Assembly (NCBI GenBank): GCA_964551725.1
Contig: CAZKED010000002.1
Span: 25,466-89,465, forward strand
Source of the DNA: an uncultured archaeon
Lineage (GTDB): Archaea; Iainarchaeota; Iainarchaeia; Iainarchaeales; DTGL01
DNA: 64,000 bases
Direction: 5' to 3'
Shown one piece after another: positions 9,919 through 18,565 of the stretch (positions are counted from its first letter, which is position 1; every line of letters starts with the position of its first letter). The notes beneath the pieces were generated by a model. It was not told where the DNA came from. It did no database searches and saw only the letters and a program-made list of their open reading frames with translations. Both the position numbers and the translations under genes were made by a program.

Positions 9919-10822
9919 TTGCAACAAGCACGTGCTCTTTTTTTGGCCCCAGAATTATTATGAGCAGTTTTGCAAAGTCCAGCTTTTTTTTGCCCTTGTA
10001 ATCCGGCAGATTAATTTTTCCCTCGGCGTCCAGCGAATATGGTCTTGCTTTTCTCTGGCTGGGGTCGCTGGGGTTTGTTGCCATTTTTACCGCAAAGTCT
10101 ATCATGTGGGGCAAAAAGAAAAGGAAACTGAAGACCATCAGAGTCCAGCTGCCTGCAATTACCATCATTCCAGCAAGTGCAGAACCAATGAGCAGTGTTC
10201 CGCTGTCTCCCGGGAATGCCCTTGCGGGATAGAGGTTGAATAAAAGCATTGCAAGTATTGCCCCGCTAACAATAAGCGCGAGCGGGTATAAGGGGCTTCC
10301 CGAAACAAAGAGAAGAATGAAATAGAAGACCGAAATAATGAAACCGGAGCCGATTTCCCACCCGTTCAGTCCGGCAAAAGTGTTCTCAAAGCTTGCTATT
10401 CCCGCCAAGTAAAGCGCCGCAACGATTGCAAGAAGGGAATATGGGAAATTCAGCGCTGCAAACACAAGCGAGACAACCGCTATAGTCAGTGCCCTGAAGC
10501 CCCAGCTCCGTGTTTTGCCCAGGAATTTGGGTTTTATGTCGTCCAGAAGTCCCACGGAAGAGAAAACACTCACCATGAAAAGCCATATTGCCACTTTTGT
10601 TTCCAGAATTCCGAATACCCCGTTTAAAAGCCCTGCTGCGGAAACAATCCACAACGGGACAAGCATTGCAATGCCCACGCTTTCAGGGAGTTTTATCTGG
10701 GAGGGCTTGTTTATGTCAATGCCTATTATGCCCTTTTTCCTGTTTATTTTTGCCACAAGGAAAACGCTGAGAAATCCGATAAGGAGGGAAGGCAAAAACC
10801 AGTAAACCGCGGAACCAATCAT
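9857..10822 (-). CDS. aglH: UDP-GlcNAc:dolichyl-phosphate GlcNAc-1-phosphate transferase (AglH/MraY-WecA family, GT4-like polyprenyl-phosphate transferase)
   Basis: Polytopic membrane protein with LLDDIKP (DDxxD-like) and FPGDSG motifs characteristic of the MraY/WecA/AglH superfamily. Confidence 0.6.
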   Translation of the reverse strand: MIGSAVYWFLPSLLIGFLSVFLVAKINRKKGIIGIDINKPSQIKLPESVGIAMLVPLWIVSAAGLLNGVFGILETKVAIWLFMVSVFSSVGLLDDIKPKFLGKTRSWGFRALTIAVVSLVFAALNFPYSLLAIVAALYLAGIASFENTFAGLNGWEIGSGFIISVFYFILLFVSGSPLYPLALIVSGAILAMLLFNLYPARAFPGDSGTLLIGSALAGMMVIAGSWTLMVFSFLFFLPHMIDFAVKMATNPSDPSQRKARPYSLDAEGKINLPDYKGKKKLDFAKLLIIILGPKKEHVLVAIIWILVAVNCSFWSFLFLSL

Positions 10823-10879
10823 TCTTTTTCCCCGAACGCCTGAAGAAACAAACTAAAGTATTTGCGTCAAAAGATTTAA

Positions 10880-12151
10880 TTACGTTTCTGTTCCCTCTTT
10901 CCCGGGCTTCATTAATTCGGAGAGGAGCACTGTTGCATAGCATCCCTTATCCAGGTAAAAAGAAACCTTGCATTTCCTCTTTCCCTCAAAAAATTCGTCC
11001 TCCCCAATTTCCAGCAATTTCATTTCCCTCGGGAAAAAGAAAATTTTCCTCCTCGCTCCCTGGCAGGAGCATTCCTTCATTTTTTCCAGCTTGAAATCCG
11101 CAAACGTGATTCCCTCTTTTTCGAGCAGTTCCCTTTCCAGTTCCCCTATCCTGCCCGGCGAAAACGCGGAGTTATAACCGGGCAGCAAGCCCATGGGAAT
11201 TCCGTCCTCCTGGGGTTCGCCCTCGAGAGGCTCAAAAAGCCCTTCCCCGAGCCTTTTTTCCACGAGCCGGTTGAACAAATGGGACTGGTAGGCGTGAGTG
11301 AATAGAAAGCGCAGCCTGCGGGGAAGAATGCTGAATGCCCCGAAAAAGTCCTTCCTGTTGTTTGCCAGGTAATGCGCCATTGCTCTCTCATAACGGTATT
11401 TTATGGGAAATTCCCTCTCCGCCTGCTTGAAGTTGCTGGATTCTGCCAAATGCAGCCTTGCCTCTTTCACTTCCTTTTCCTCGAGCTCGCTTATTGCGGT
11501 CAGGTAAAGCATTACCGCTGATTTTATGTCCTCCCTGATTATTTCCCTTCCCACCAAATGACTTATCTGCCTTATGCTGCCGAACCTCTGCTCTCCAAAG
11601 TAGTTGGGAATTCCTTTCTCCATTTCCCCGAACGCCTCATCCCCCCTTTTCTTGATTTCCTCCCCGCTCAGGGGAATATCCCTTATTTTTACAGTGAAAT
11701 AGTTTCCATTCAGGTCCCCAAGGTCAATGCCTGAATCGCTCCATTCTGGGTTCCTGAGGACAATGCCGCGCGCGGAGAATTTTTCCAGCTGTTTCACGCT
11801 CGGCATGAAAACGCTGATTCTCTGGCACGTTACAGCGCGCTTGTCCTTCAGTCCAGCATACCCTATGCTTTTCTGGCTTTTGTGCAGCGCCCTTGCAACT
11901 GTTTTCACCGCGAGGTTTGTTTCAGTGTTGCATTTTTCCATTTCAAGCAGCAAAAAATCCTTTCTCCCTTCGGGAATTTTCATTTCCCCCCTGGTTTCCC
12001 CCTGCCCTTTTTTCCCATTTTCCTCCCGGAGAAAAAATTCCGCGCTGCATTTTTTTCCATTCCCGGCGAGTTCTTCAACAATAAAATCAGAATAGCGCCT
12101 CTTTATTTTTCCGCCGATTCCCTTTGCTTTTGTAAAGAATTTTTTTTCCAC
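10880..12151 (-). CDS. truD: tRNA pseudouridine(13) synthase TruD
   Basis: YSDFIVEE and GLKDKRA / FGEQRFG TruD motifs; ORF extends to 12289 but overlaps aRF1 3' end; GTG at 12151 gives 10-nt spacing after aRF1 stop. Confidence 0.65.
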   Translation of the reverse strand: MEKKFFTKAKGIGGKIKRRYSDFIVEELAGNGKKCSAEFFLREENGKKGQGETRGEMKIPEGRKDFLLLEMEKCNTETNLAVKTVARALHKSQKSIGYAGLKDKRAVTCQRISVFMPSVKQLEKFSARGIVLRNPEWSDSGIDLGDLNGNYFTVKIRDIPLSGEEIKKRGDEAFGEMEKGIPNYFGEQRFGSIRQISHLVGREIIREDIKSAVMLYLTAISELEEKEVKEARLHLAESSNFKQAEREFPIKYRYERAMAHYLANNRKDFFGAFSILPRRLRFLFTHAYQSHLFNRLVEKRLGEGLFEPLEGEPQEDGIPMGLLPGYNSAFSPGRIGELERELLEKEGITFADFKLEKMKECSCQGARRKIFFFPREMKLLEIGEDEFFEGKRKCKVSFYLDKGCYATVLLSELMKPGKEGTET

Positions 12152-12161
12152 GAAAAAACGC

Positions 12162-13388
12162 CTACTTGAACCTGAGGATTGCGCCGATTCCCCCGAACCC
12201 TTTGAGGAATTCCTTCCCTTCCTCGGTTTCCGTTCCCACGATAATAGTGCCAGCGCCGATTTTTTCCGCCTTTTCCATGAGGTAGTCAATGTATTCCTTT
12301 TCTTCCTCCGCTTCCATTTCCGTTCCGCACCCGCTGCATTTTAATTCCTGTTCTTCTCCCTCGCTGAAAACCCGTGTTTTTCTTTTGCCGCAACCCGGGC
12401 AGGAGAATTCAACCGCTTTTTTCTCCAGTTCGTCGCTCAGAATAAGCGTTTTCACTTTTCCCGTTTCCAGCGCTTCCAGGACTTCTTTTTCCCCGTAAAC
12501 CGCAAGCCCTGTTTTTATTATGTTTTTTAGGAATTCCTCGATTATTTCCTTTTCCCTTATTATTTCCGTGTTCTTGAGCAAATCCCCGCTCCTGTTTATT
12601 GCCTCCCTTACGCCCGATTCGTCGGTGTAAGAAGTGCTTATCCTGCCGAGAATTTTTTTCGCAAGCCTGCTGTCAAGGAGCCCTGCTTCCAAGAAATAGT
12701 CCTTTGTAATGCCGGGCCCTGCAACAATAATTCCCTTCAACTTGTCCAAGTGCTTCAGGAATGCTTGGTTTGCCTTTTCGCTCACGCTAGCGTAAAAATC
12801 GTGCTCCGCCTCCTCCCTCAAGCGCTCGAAGCGATGCGCTGACTGCCCTCCCGCTCTTATTTTCCCGGGCACCCTGCTCTTGAACTGCCCTATGGTTTCG
12901 TAGCGTGTTCCCATAAGCAAGGCCAGAGTGGCTTCGTTCTTGTCTATTACTATTATTCCGTAAACCTCGGAGGGCTTCACCATTGCTTCCAATGGTTCAA
13001 GGAAGAATGTTGAATCGCACCAGTAAAGTTTTGTTTCGAGGTTCTGCACAGGCCTTACGGTGAAAAGCTTTATGTCCGTTTTTCCCTCCTGCTCGGAAAT
13101 GTTCCCGCAGAATACTGCCAAACCTGTTTTTGGCAGGTTAAAATCGATCCTTTTCAGGAAGTTTATTATTTTTTTTAGTGCGGCTTGCACGTTCTTCCTT
13201 GTTTTGGGGTCCTTTATGTTCGAACTCTGGCTCATTTCCTCCGTGAGCTGCGAGGTCAGCGAGCTCCTGTCCGTGCCGAAAGGTATGAGTACTGAAATTA
13301 GCTCAGTGCCTGAACCTTTCATTGCCTTCAGCTTTTTCACTTTTTTGCTGAAAATGCTCCTTTCAGCGCTTTTGTCTTTTTCCTTCAT
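12162..13388 (-). CDS. Peptide chain release factor aRF1
   Basis: 408 aa; NIKS-region and universally conserved GGQS motif (IRAGGQSAHRFERLREE); C-terminal domain carries CPGCG...CSGCG zinc ribbon. Confidence 0.85.
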   Translation of the reverse strand: MKEKDKSAERSIFSKKVKKLKAMKGSGTELISVLIPFGTDRSSLTSQLTEEMSQSSNIKDPKTRKNVQAALKKIINFLKRIDFNLPKTGLAVFCGNISEQEGKTDIKLFTVRPVQNLETKLYWCDSTFFLEPLEAMVKPSEVYGIIVIDKNEATLALLMGTRYETIGQFKSRVPGKIRAGGQSAHRFERLREEAEHDFYASVSEKANQAFLKHLDKLKGIIVAGPGITKDYFLEAGLLDSRLAKKILGRISTSYTDESGVREAINRSGDLLKNTEIIREKEIIEEFLKNIIKTGLAVYGEKEVLEALETGKVKTLILSDELEKKAVEFSCPGCGKRKTRVFSEGEEQELKCSGCGTEMEAEEEKEYIDYLMEKAEKIGAGTIIVGTETEEGKEFLKGFGGIGAILRFK

Positions 13389-13540
13389 TTTTTTCTTCCC
13401 CTTCCCCAGCCAAAATGTGCCCTTTTCGGGGCATAAGAAAAGGTTTTTAATACCGGAAATAACAATATTATAGAATTTAATAATTTCTAACCCGAATAAA
13501 TTAAAAGGTGTTGCAATTGTTCGACGAGGACTTTTTCAAA

Positions 13541-14326
13541 ATGTACAATGAAGACGAGGACGAGGAGGAAAAGAAAGATGACACGATTGAAACAATTTCC
13601 TATCCCGCTTATGAGGAATCCGGCAAATTGTTCGTGTTAAGCGTCGGCGGCTCGCTCATCGCGCCGGAAAAGCCGGATTCAACCTTTCTCTCAAAGTTTT
13701 CGCTCACTTTAAAGAGCCTCGGGGAGCGCGGATACCGCTTTGCAATAGTTGCCGGCGGCGGCAGTGTCGGAAGGAATTACATTGCTTCCGCGAGAAGCCT
13801 GGGAGCGGACAATTTTTCCCTGGATTTGCTTGGCATTGCGGTAACGCGCATTAATGCAATGCTCCTCATCCAGGCGCTGGAGAATGCCTATCCGCATGTT
13901 CTGACAGAAATACCGGAGGCAAAGCATGCTCTCGTCCTCGGAAAAACCCCTGTATTCGGCGGCTTGCTGCCGGGCATCACCACTGACGCGGTTGCAGCTC
14001 TGCTCGCGGAATTTTTGGGCGCGGATTACATTAATCTCACGAATGTTGACGGAATTTATTCCGCTGACCCGAAACTCAAGCCGAATGCCAAATTCTACCC
14101 CGAATTGAGCCACGACAGGCTCATTAGCCTCATGCAGGTCGCGGAATCGAAACCGGGGCAGAATCTGGTCATGGATTTGCCGGCGTGCTACATCCTCAAG
14201 CGCTCGAACATCCGCGGCATTGTTCTTAACGGAAGCGATTTGAGCAATTTCGAGTACGCGGTGGACGGCGGCGAATTCACTGGAACGGTGATAAAGACCG
14301 CGGCAGAAATTGAAGAAAGTGAGTAA
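13541..14326 (+). CDS. pyrH: UMP kinase (PyrH), with acidic N-terminal extension
   Basis: LFVLSVGGSLIAP ... IVAGGGSVGRNY ... amino-acid kinase fold motifs of archaeal UMP kinase; ORF track start 13508 is TTG, ATG at 13541. Confidence 0.75.
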   Translation: MYNEDEDEEEKKDDTIETISYPAYEESGKLFVLSVGGSLIAPEKPDSTFLSKFSLTLKSLGERGYRFAIVAGGGSVGRNYIASARSLGADNFSLDLLGIAVTRINAMLLIQALENAYPHVLTEIPEAKHALVLGKTPVFGGLLPGITTDAVAALLAEFLGADYINLTNVDGIYSADPKLKPNAKFYPELSHDRLISLMQVAESKPGQNLVMDLPACYILKRSNIRGIVLNGSDLSNFEYAVDGGEFTGTVIKTAAEIEESE

Positions 14327-14341
14327 TTTTTATTCTATTTT

Positions 14342-14725
14342 TTATTTTTGCTTGCTTTGCCATCCCTGTATGTACATTAAGTTTGTTGCGTCAACTAGGT
14401 AACGTCTTCCAATTCCTGTTTCCCTGTTTACATCTACAACCCAAGCACTGTGGCGTAAATGGGATGGATCCTCTTGTAGGCCAATTCCTTTAAGTATCCC
14501 AATGTCCCACCCAATCCCCCTCTTTAGGATTTTGAGGTTCCTCAAATTGTTTTCTTTGGCGTATTCATCTAATCGGCTCCCGTCGACAAGATCGTGGCCG
14601 GGTTTTCTGAGTTCTCTCATTTCAACAGAATAGCTTCCATCTGGTTCCATTACAACTTTTGCTTTAAGTGTCGGAATTCCGGCGGTCTTAGCTCGCCGTA
14701 GTACATCCACATTGAAATTGGCCAT
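14342..14725 (-). CDS. Hypothetical protein, compositionally atypical (possible acquired gene)
   Basis: 127 aa ORF, no recognised motifs; codon usage visibly different from neighbours (tct/ctt/cca rich, fewer gcg/ccg). Confidence 0.35.
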   Translation of the reverse strand: MANFNVDVLRRAKTAGIPTLKAKVVMEPDGSYSVEMRELRKPGHDLVDGSRLDEYAKENNLRNLKILKRGIGWDIGILKGIGLQEDPSHLRHSAWVVDVNRETGIGRRYLVDATNLMYIQGWQSKQK

Positions 14726-14768
14726 AACAAATGTTATTTTGTTCCTAGTTCTTTAAATTTTCTTAAAC

Positions 14769-15770
14769 CTATGGGAATTGAAACTCACCGGCGCCTTTCT
14801 TTTTCAGCGCGATTTCCAGTTCAACCGCGCTTATGAGGGGCTTTTTCCATTTCATTGCGTCGTCAATTGCGATGCGGGGACAAGCGGTGTTAACAAAGCA
14901 GTCAATGTCCATTCCCAGCAACCTGTCCTCCTTTATGAGGTCGCCTGCAAGCAGGTAAGCGCGTTTTCCCCTGCTTTCAACCAGGTGCTTTAATTCAAGT
15001 GCCCTTTCAAGCATCAGCTGTCCCAGTTTTGTGCTCACGAGAATGCCGTAGCTCTGCGCTTTCACTGCCTTTGAGATTATTCCCACTCTCTTTTTCAGGA
15101 ATGCCTCCTTCTCGCTTTCCCTGAATTTTTTAACGCTTTCGTTCAGCGGGTTGACCATAAAGAGGGGCTTGTTTGAAACAAAGGAAATGCCGAGCGGGTG
15201 AAACAAGCCGTCGCCGAAATACACGAATGCGTCCACTTTTCCCCTCAGTTTTCTTGCGGCAAACACGTCGCAGCCTAAAACCTGCCCTATTTCCGTTTTT
15301 TCCCCTTTTTCCATTTTTACGCTGAATCCCGCTTTTTCCATTTCCCGTTTCATTTTTGGGAGGTATTCCAAAAACTGCGCCGTGGAAACAAGACCCACTC
15401 TTTTGAATTTCCCTTTTTTGAGCATTCGGGAGGTTTTTTTCACTAGTTCACTGAATTTTCCCTCCCCGAATTTGTACTTCACAGGCACGTAAACGGTGTT
15501 CTCGTACTTGAGCATTTCAGTGTGCCCGAAGTGAAGTATGAGGTCTGCGTTGAATTCCTCCAGTTCGTTCACTGGAATGTCGCATGCCCCGTAGCAGGGG
15601 TCTATCAGAACGATTGCTTTCGCGCCGGTGTCGCGCTCCATTTCCTCGGCAAAATGGGTTGCCTTTCCTTTCAATCCCTCGGGCAACTGTATTATTACCT
15701 TCTTTGCCCTTCTTTTCCTTATCTCCCTTTTCGGAGCGTTCAAATCGAAGACAAGTTCCGCCATATACAC
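14769..15770 (-). CDS. dph2: Diphthamide biosynthesis enzyme Dph2 (2-(3-amino-3-carboxypropyl)histidine synthase)
   Basis: 333 aa; three-domain Dph2 pattern with conserved Cys (CYGACD, CDVF.., C.RIAIDD) typical of archaeal Dph2 radical-SAM-like enzyme. Confidence 0.7.
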   Translation of the reverse strand: MYMAELVFDLNAPKREIRKRRAKKVIIQLPEGLKGKATHFAEEMERDTGAKAIVLIDPCYGACDIPVNELEEFNADLILHFGHTEMLKYENTVYVPVKYKFGEGKFSELVKKTSRMLKKGKFKRVGLVSTAQFLEYLPKMKREMEKAGFSVKMEKGEKTEIGQVLGCDVFAARKLRGKVDAFVYFGDGLFHPLGISFVSNKPLFMVNPLNESVKKFRESEKEAFLKKRVGIISKAVKAQSYGILVSTKLGQLMLERALELKHLVESRGKRAYLLAGDLIKEDRLLGMDIDCFVNTACPRIAIDDAMKWKKPLISAVELEIALKKKGAGEFQFP

Positions 15771-15787
15771 TTTTGGCAGGACAACAA

Positions 15788-18457
15788 TTAAAAAATTTCC
15801 ATTTGGGGGTTTCCCCTGTTTTCCCTCAGGTTTTCTAAAATAATGTTCTTTTCCTCGAGCAGTGCCACGCGCTTCATTTGCTGCACCGCGTCAATGTTCG
15901 CGCTGACTGAATCAATGCCCATTCTTACAAGCTCTTTCACCATTTTGGGGTTGCTTGCGGCCTGCCCGCATATGGAGGTTTTCACGCCTGCCTTGCGGCA
16001 TTCCTTTATCACCCTTTTGATGAGCCCCAGCACGGCGGGGTGCAGTTCAGAGAAATGCTTTTGAATGCGCTCGTTGTTCCTGTCAATCCCCAGCGTTAAC
16101 TGCGTCAAATCATTTGTTCCGAATGAAATGAATTTAATTCCTGTTCCAATCAGCTCTCTTATAACCATTGCCGCAGCGGGCGTTTCAATCATTACCCCGA
16201 ATTCAACGTCTTTCTCCGGGTCGAGCCCGGCTTCCCTTGCCACTCCCATTGCCTTTTTCACCTCTTCCGCGGAAATGACAAAGGGGAGCATTATCCCTAT
16301 ATTGCTGTATCCCTGTTCCACAAGCTTTTTAACAGCCAAAAACTGTGCTTTGAGCAGTTCGGGCTCGTCCAAGTCCCTGCGGATGCCGTGCCATCCTATC
16401 ATGGGGTTTTCCTCTTCAGGCTCTTTTTCCCCGCCTTTAAGGTTTCTGTATTCGTCACTCCTTGCATCGAATGTCCTGTACCACACGGGCTTTCCCTTGA
16501 ACTGCGATACCACTTTTTCAATTCCCTCCTTTATCGCCTGCACTAATTCATCCTCCCTGCCCATACGGATGAATTCCGCCGGGTGTGTTCCGCTTTCGGT
16601 GATCATGTGCTCCGCTCTCAGCAGGCCTACGCCGTCAGCGCCCGTTCCCGCGGCTTTCTCCGCTGCATCGGGTAGTGCAACGTTAACTTTCACTTTTATT
16701 GCCATTTCAGAGAGGAGGTGCTTGAGCATTTTCACTTCCTCGTGGAGCATTGCTTTTCCGAGTTCTTCGGCTTTCTTGTCCCCGAATTCTTCTATTATTT
16801 TTTTGGCTTCTTCTTCGTGCTTGAGTATTTTTTCCGTTTCTTCCTCTTCCCTTTGCTGAATTTCCTCTTTTTCCCTCGCTTTTTCTTCTTCCTCCGCTTC
16901 TTTCAGCATTTTTTCTCTTTCCTGCTCTGCGCGCACCTGTATTACCATTCCCTTCAGCCCGGTTCTGGCTTCCGTAGGCATAACCTGTTTTTCCAGTTCC
17001 TCTCTCTGCCCGTTTATTTTTCCCCTTATTATTTCCTCGAGCAGGTCCACTTCTTTGAGTTTTATCATTTTTTCAACGGTTTTTTCAGGCATTTCAATTT
17101 CCACTTTTCCCTGGTACACGTAGCCGGTGTAGCCGTTCACCGTTACGAGCATTCCGCCTTTCATTTTTTCCGTTGCGTTCCTTGTGCCGACAACGCAGGG
17201 TATTCCCAGTTCCCTGCTCACTATTGCAGCATGGCAGGTGCGCCCGCCTTCATCGGTAATAATAGCCGCGCTCTTTTTCATTATGGGAACCCAGTCGGGG
17301 TTGGTCATTTTCGTTACGAGAATGCTTCCCTCCTTCACTTTTGCCCTGTCCGAAGTGGACGGGACAATGGCAACGTTCCCGGATGCAATTCCCGGAGAAG
17401 CAGCCAGCCCGTCTAGGAGGAGGGGTGCGGAAATTTTGCCCGCTTTTTCCCTTCTCTCCTGCTCCATTTCCACTTTTTCTTTCAGACTCAGGGTGGTGAT
17501 TGCCCTGCTCTGGAGAATGTACAATTCGCTTCCCCCTATTGCCCATTCGATGTCCTGCGGGCTTTTGTAGTGCTGTTCTATTTGCCTGCCCAGCGCTGCA
17601 ATCTCCAGAATTTTTTTGTCCGGCACTTTCTGTTTTTTCCCCTTTGCTTCGCTTAATGCAATTTCTTCGTTTTTTTTCCCCTTGCGCACCATTTTCCATT
17701 TTTGCTGTCTAACGCTTTTTTCAAGGATTTTCATTTTTCCCTTGTCCACAACATAGGTGTCCGGCGTAATGCTTCCTGAAACAATCGCCTCACCCAAGCC
17801 GAAGCCTGCCTCGATTATTATTTTGCTTTCGTCTCCTGTGGGGTCGGCTGTGAACATTACCCCGCTTGAGTCAGCTTCAACCATTTTCTGCACTATTACC
17901 GCAATGCCCACCTTTCTTGTTCCAAAGCCCTTCTTTTTCCTGTAATAGGTGGCGCGTGCAGTGAAAAGGGAAGCCCAGCAGTTTTTTACCGCGCGGATGA
18001 GTTCCTCTTTCCCTATTACGTTCAAGTAGGTTTCCTGCTGCCCTGCAAAGCTTGCCCCCGGAAGGTCTTCCGCTGTGGCGGAACTTCGCACTGCAACATA
18101 TTGCTGTTGTGAGGAAGTTAACCAGGCGAGTCTTTCCTCTCCGAGTTTCGAGTATGCAATGAGAATTTCATTCCTCAGTTCATCGTTCATTTTTGTTTTT
18201 TTAATCAGTGCGCGGACTTCGGCTGTAGAGTTTTCCAGCTGTTCCGTGTTTTCCACGTTGATTGAGTCGATTTTTCTTATTATTTCCTCTTTTATCCCTG
18301 TTTCTTCAATGAATTTGAAATAGGCCCGCGAGGTTACAATGAATCCCGGGGGGAGCGGAAAGTTCGCGTTCGCCAGCTCGCCCAAATTTGCGCCTTTTCC
18401 TCCCACGGAGCTTATGTGTTTTGCCCCCACTTCCCTGAACCAGGCAATGTTCTCCAT
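15788..18457 (-). CDS. ppsA: Phosphoenolpyruvate synthase (pyruvate, water dikinase) with ~100-aa Glu/Lys-rich insertion
   Basis: N-terminal ATP-grasp (GGKGANLGEL), phospho-His domain (GGRTCHAAIVSRELGIPCVVG), C-terminal PEP-utilising TIM barrel (GADGVGLLRAEHM...NDLTQ); charged low-complexity segment between His domain and barrel. Confidence 0.9.
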   Translation of the reverse strand: MENIAWFREVGAKHISSVGGKGANLGELANANFPLPPGFIVTSRAYFKFIEETGIKEEIIRKIDSINVENTEQLENSTAEVRALIKKTKMNDELRNEILIAYSKLGEERLAWLTSSQQQYVAVRSSATAEDLPGASFAGQQETYLNVIGKEELIRAVKNCWASLFTARATYYRKKKGFGTRKVGIAVIVQKMVEADSSGVMFTADPTGDESKIIIEAGFGLGEAIVSGSITPDTYVVDKGKMKILEKSVRQQKWKMVRKGKKNEEIALSEAKGKKQKVPDKKILEIAALGRQIEQHYKSPQDIEWAIGGSELYILQSRAITTLSLKEKVEMEQERREKAGKISAPLLLDGLAASPGIASGNVAIVPSTSDRAKVKEGSILVTKMTNPDWVPIMKKSAAIITDEGGRTCHAAIVSRELGIPCVVGTRNATEKMKGGMLVTVNGYTGYVYQGKVEIEMPEKTVEKMIKLKEVDLLEEIIRGKINGQREELEKQVMPTEARTGLKGMVIQVRAEQEREKMLKEAEEEEKAREKEEIQQREEEETEKILKHEEEAKKIIEEFGDKKAEELGKAMLHEEVKMLKHLLSEMAIKVKVNVALPDAAEKAAGTGADGVGLLRAEHMITESGTHPAEFIRMGREDELVQAIKEGIEKVVSQFKGKPVWYRTFDARSDEYRNLKGGEKEPEEENPMIGWHGIRRDLDEPELLKAQFLAVKKLVEQGYSNIGIMLPFVISAEEVKKAMGVAREAGLDPEKDVEFGVMIETPAAAMVIRELIGTGIKFISFGTNDLTQLTLGIDRNNERIQKHFSELHPAVLGLIKRVIKECRKAGVKTSICGQAASNPKMVKELVRMGIDSVSANIDAVQQMKRVALLEEKNIILENLRENRGNPQMEIF

Positions 18458-18565
18458 TTTTACCTTTATTAGAAAGGGACTTGGGGTTTATTAATTTATC
18501 GCGGAATTTTTCGGAATGCGACAGAATTAGCTTGCATAATTTCTTTGAGGAATTTCTTCAAGGGA

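Noticed and set aside
12162-12420. Zinc ribbon (CPGCG...CSGCG) in aRF1 considered as a novel insertion
   Set aside because: The total length of 408 aa is normal for aRF1, and a Cys4 mini-domain in the C-terminal domain occurs in archaeal aRF1. It is probably ancestral rather than novel.
16700-17100. The PEP synthase insertion considered as an intein
   Set aside because: There is no Cys/Ser/Thr at an N-extein junction, no HN at the C-terminus and no endonuclease or splicing blocks. It is simple charged low-complexity sequence.
16065-17416. Long plus-strand ORFs (264 aa, 232 aa) inside ppsA
   Set aside because: They are antisense to a strongly supported PEP synthase gene. Their composition is driven by the Glu/Lys-rich insertion.
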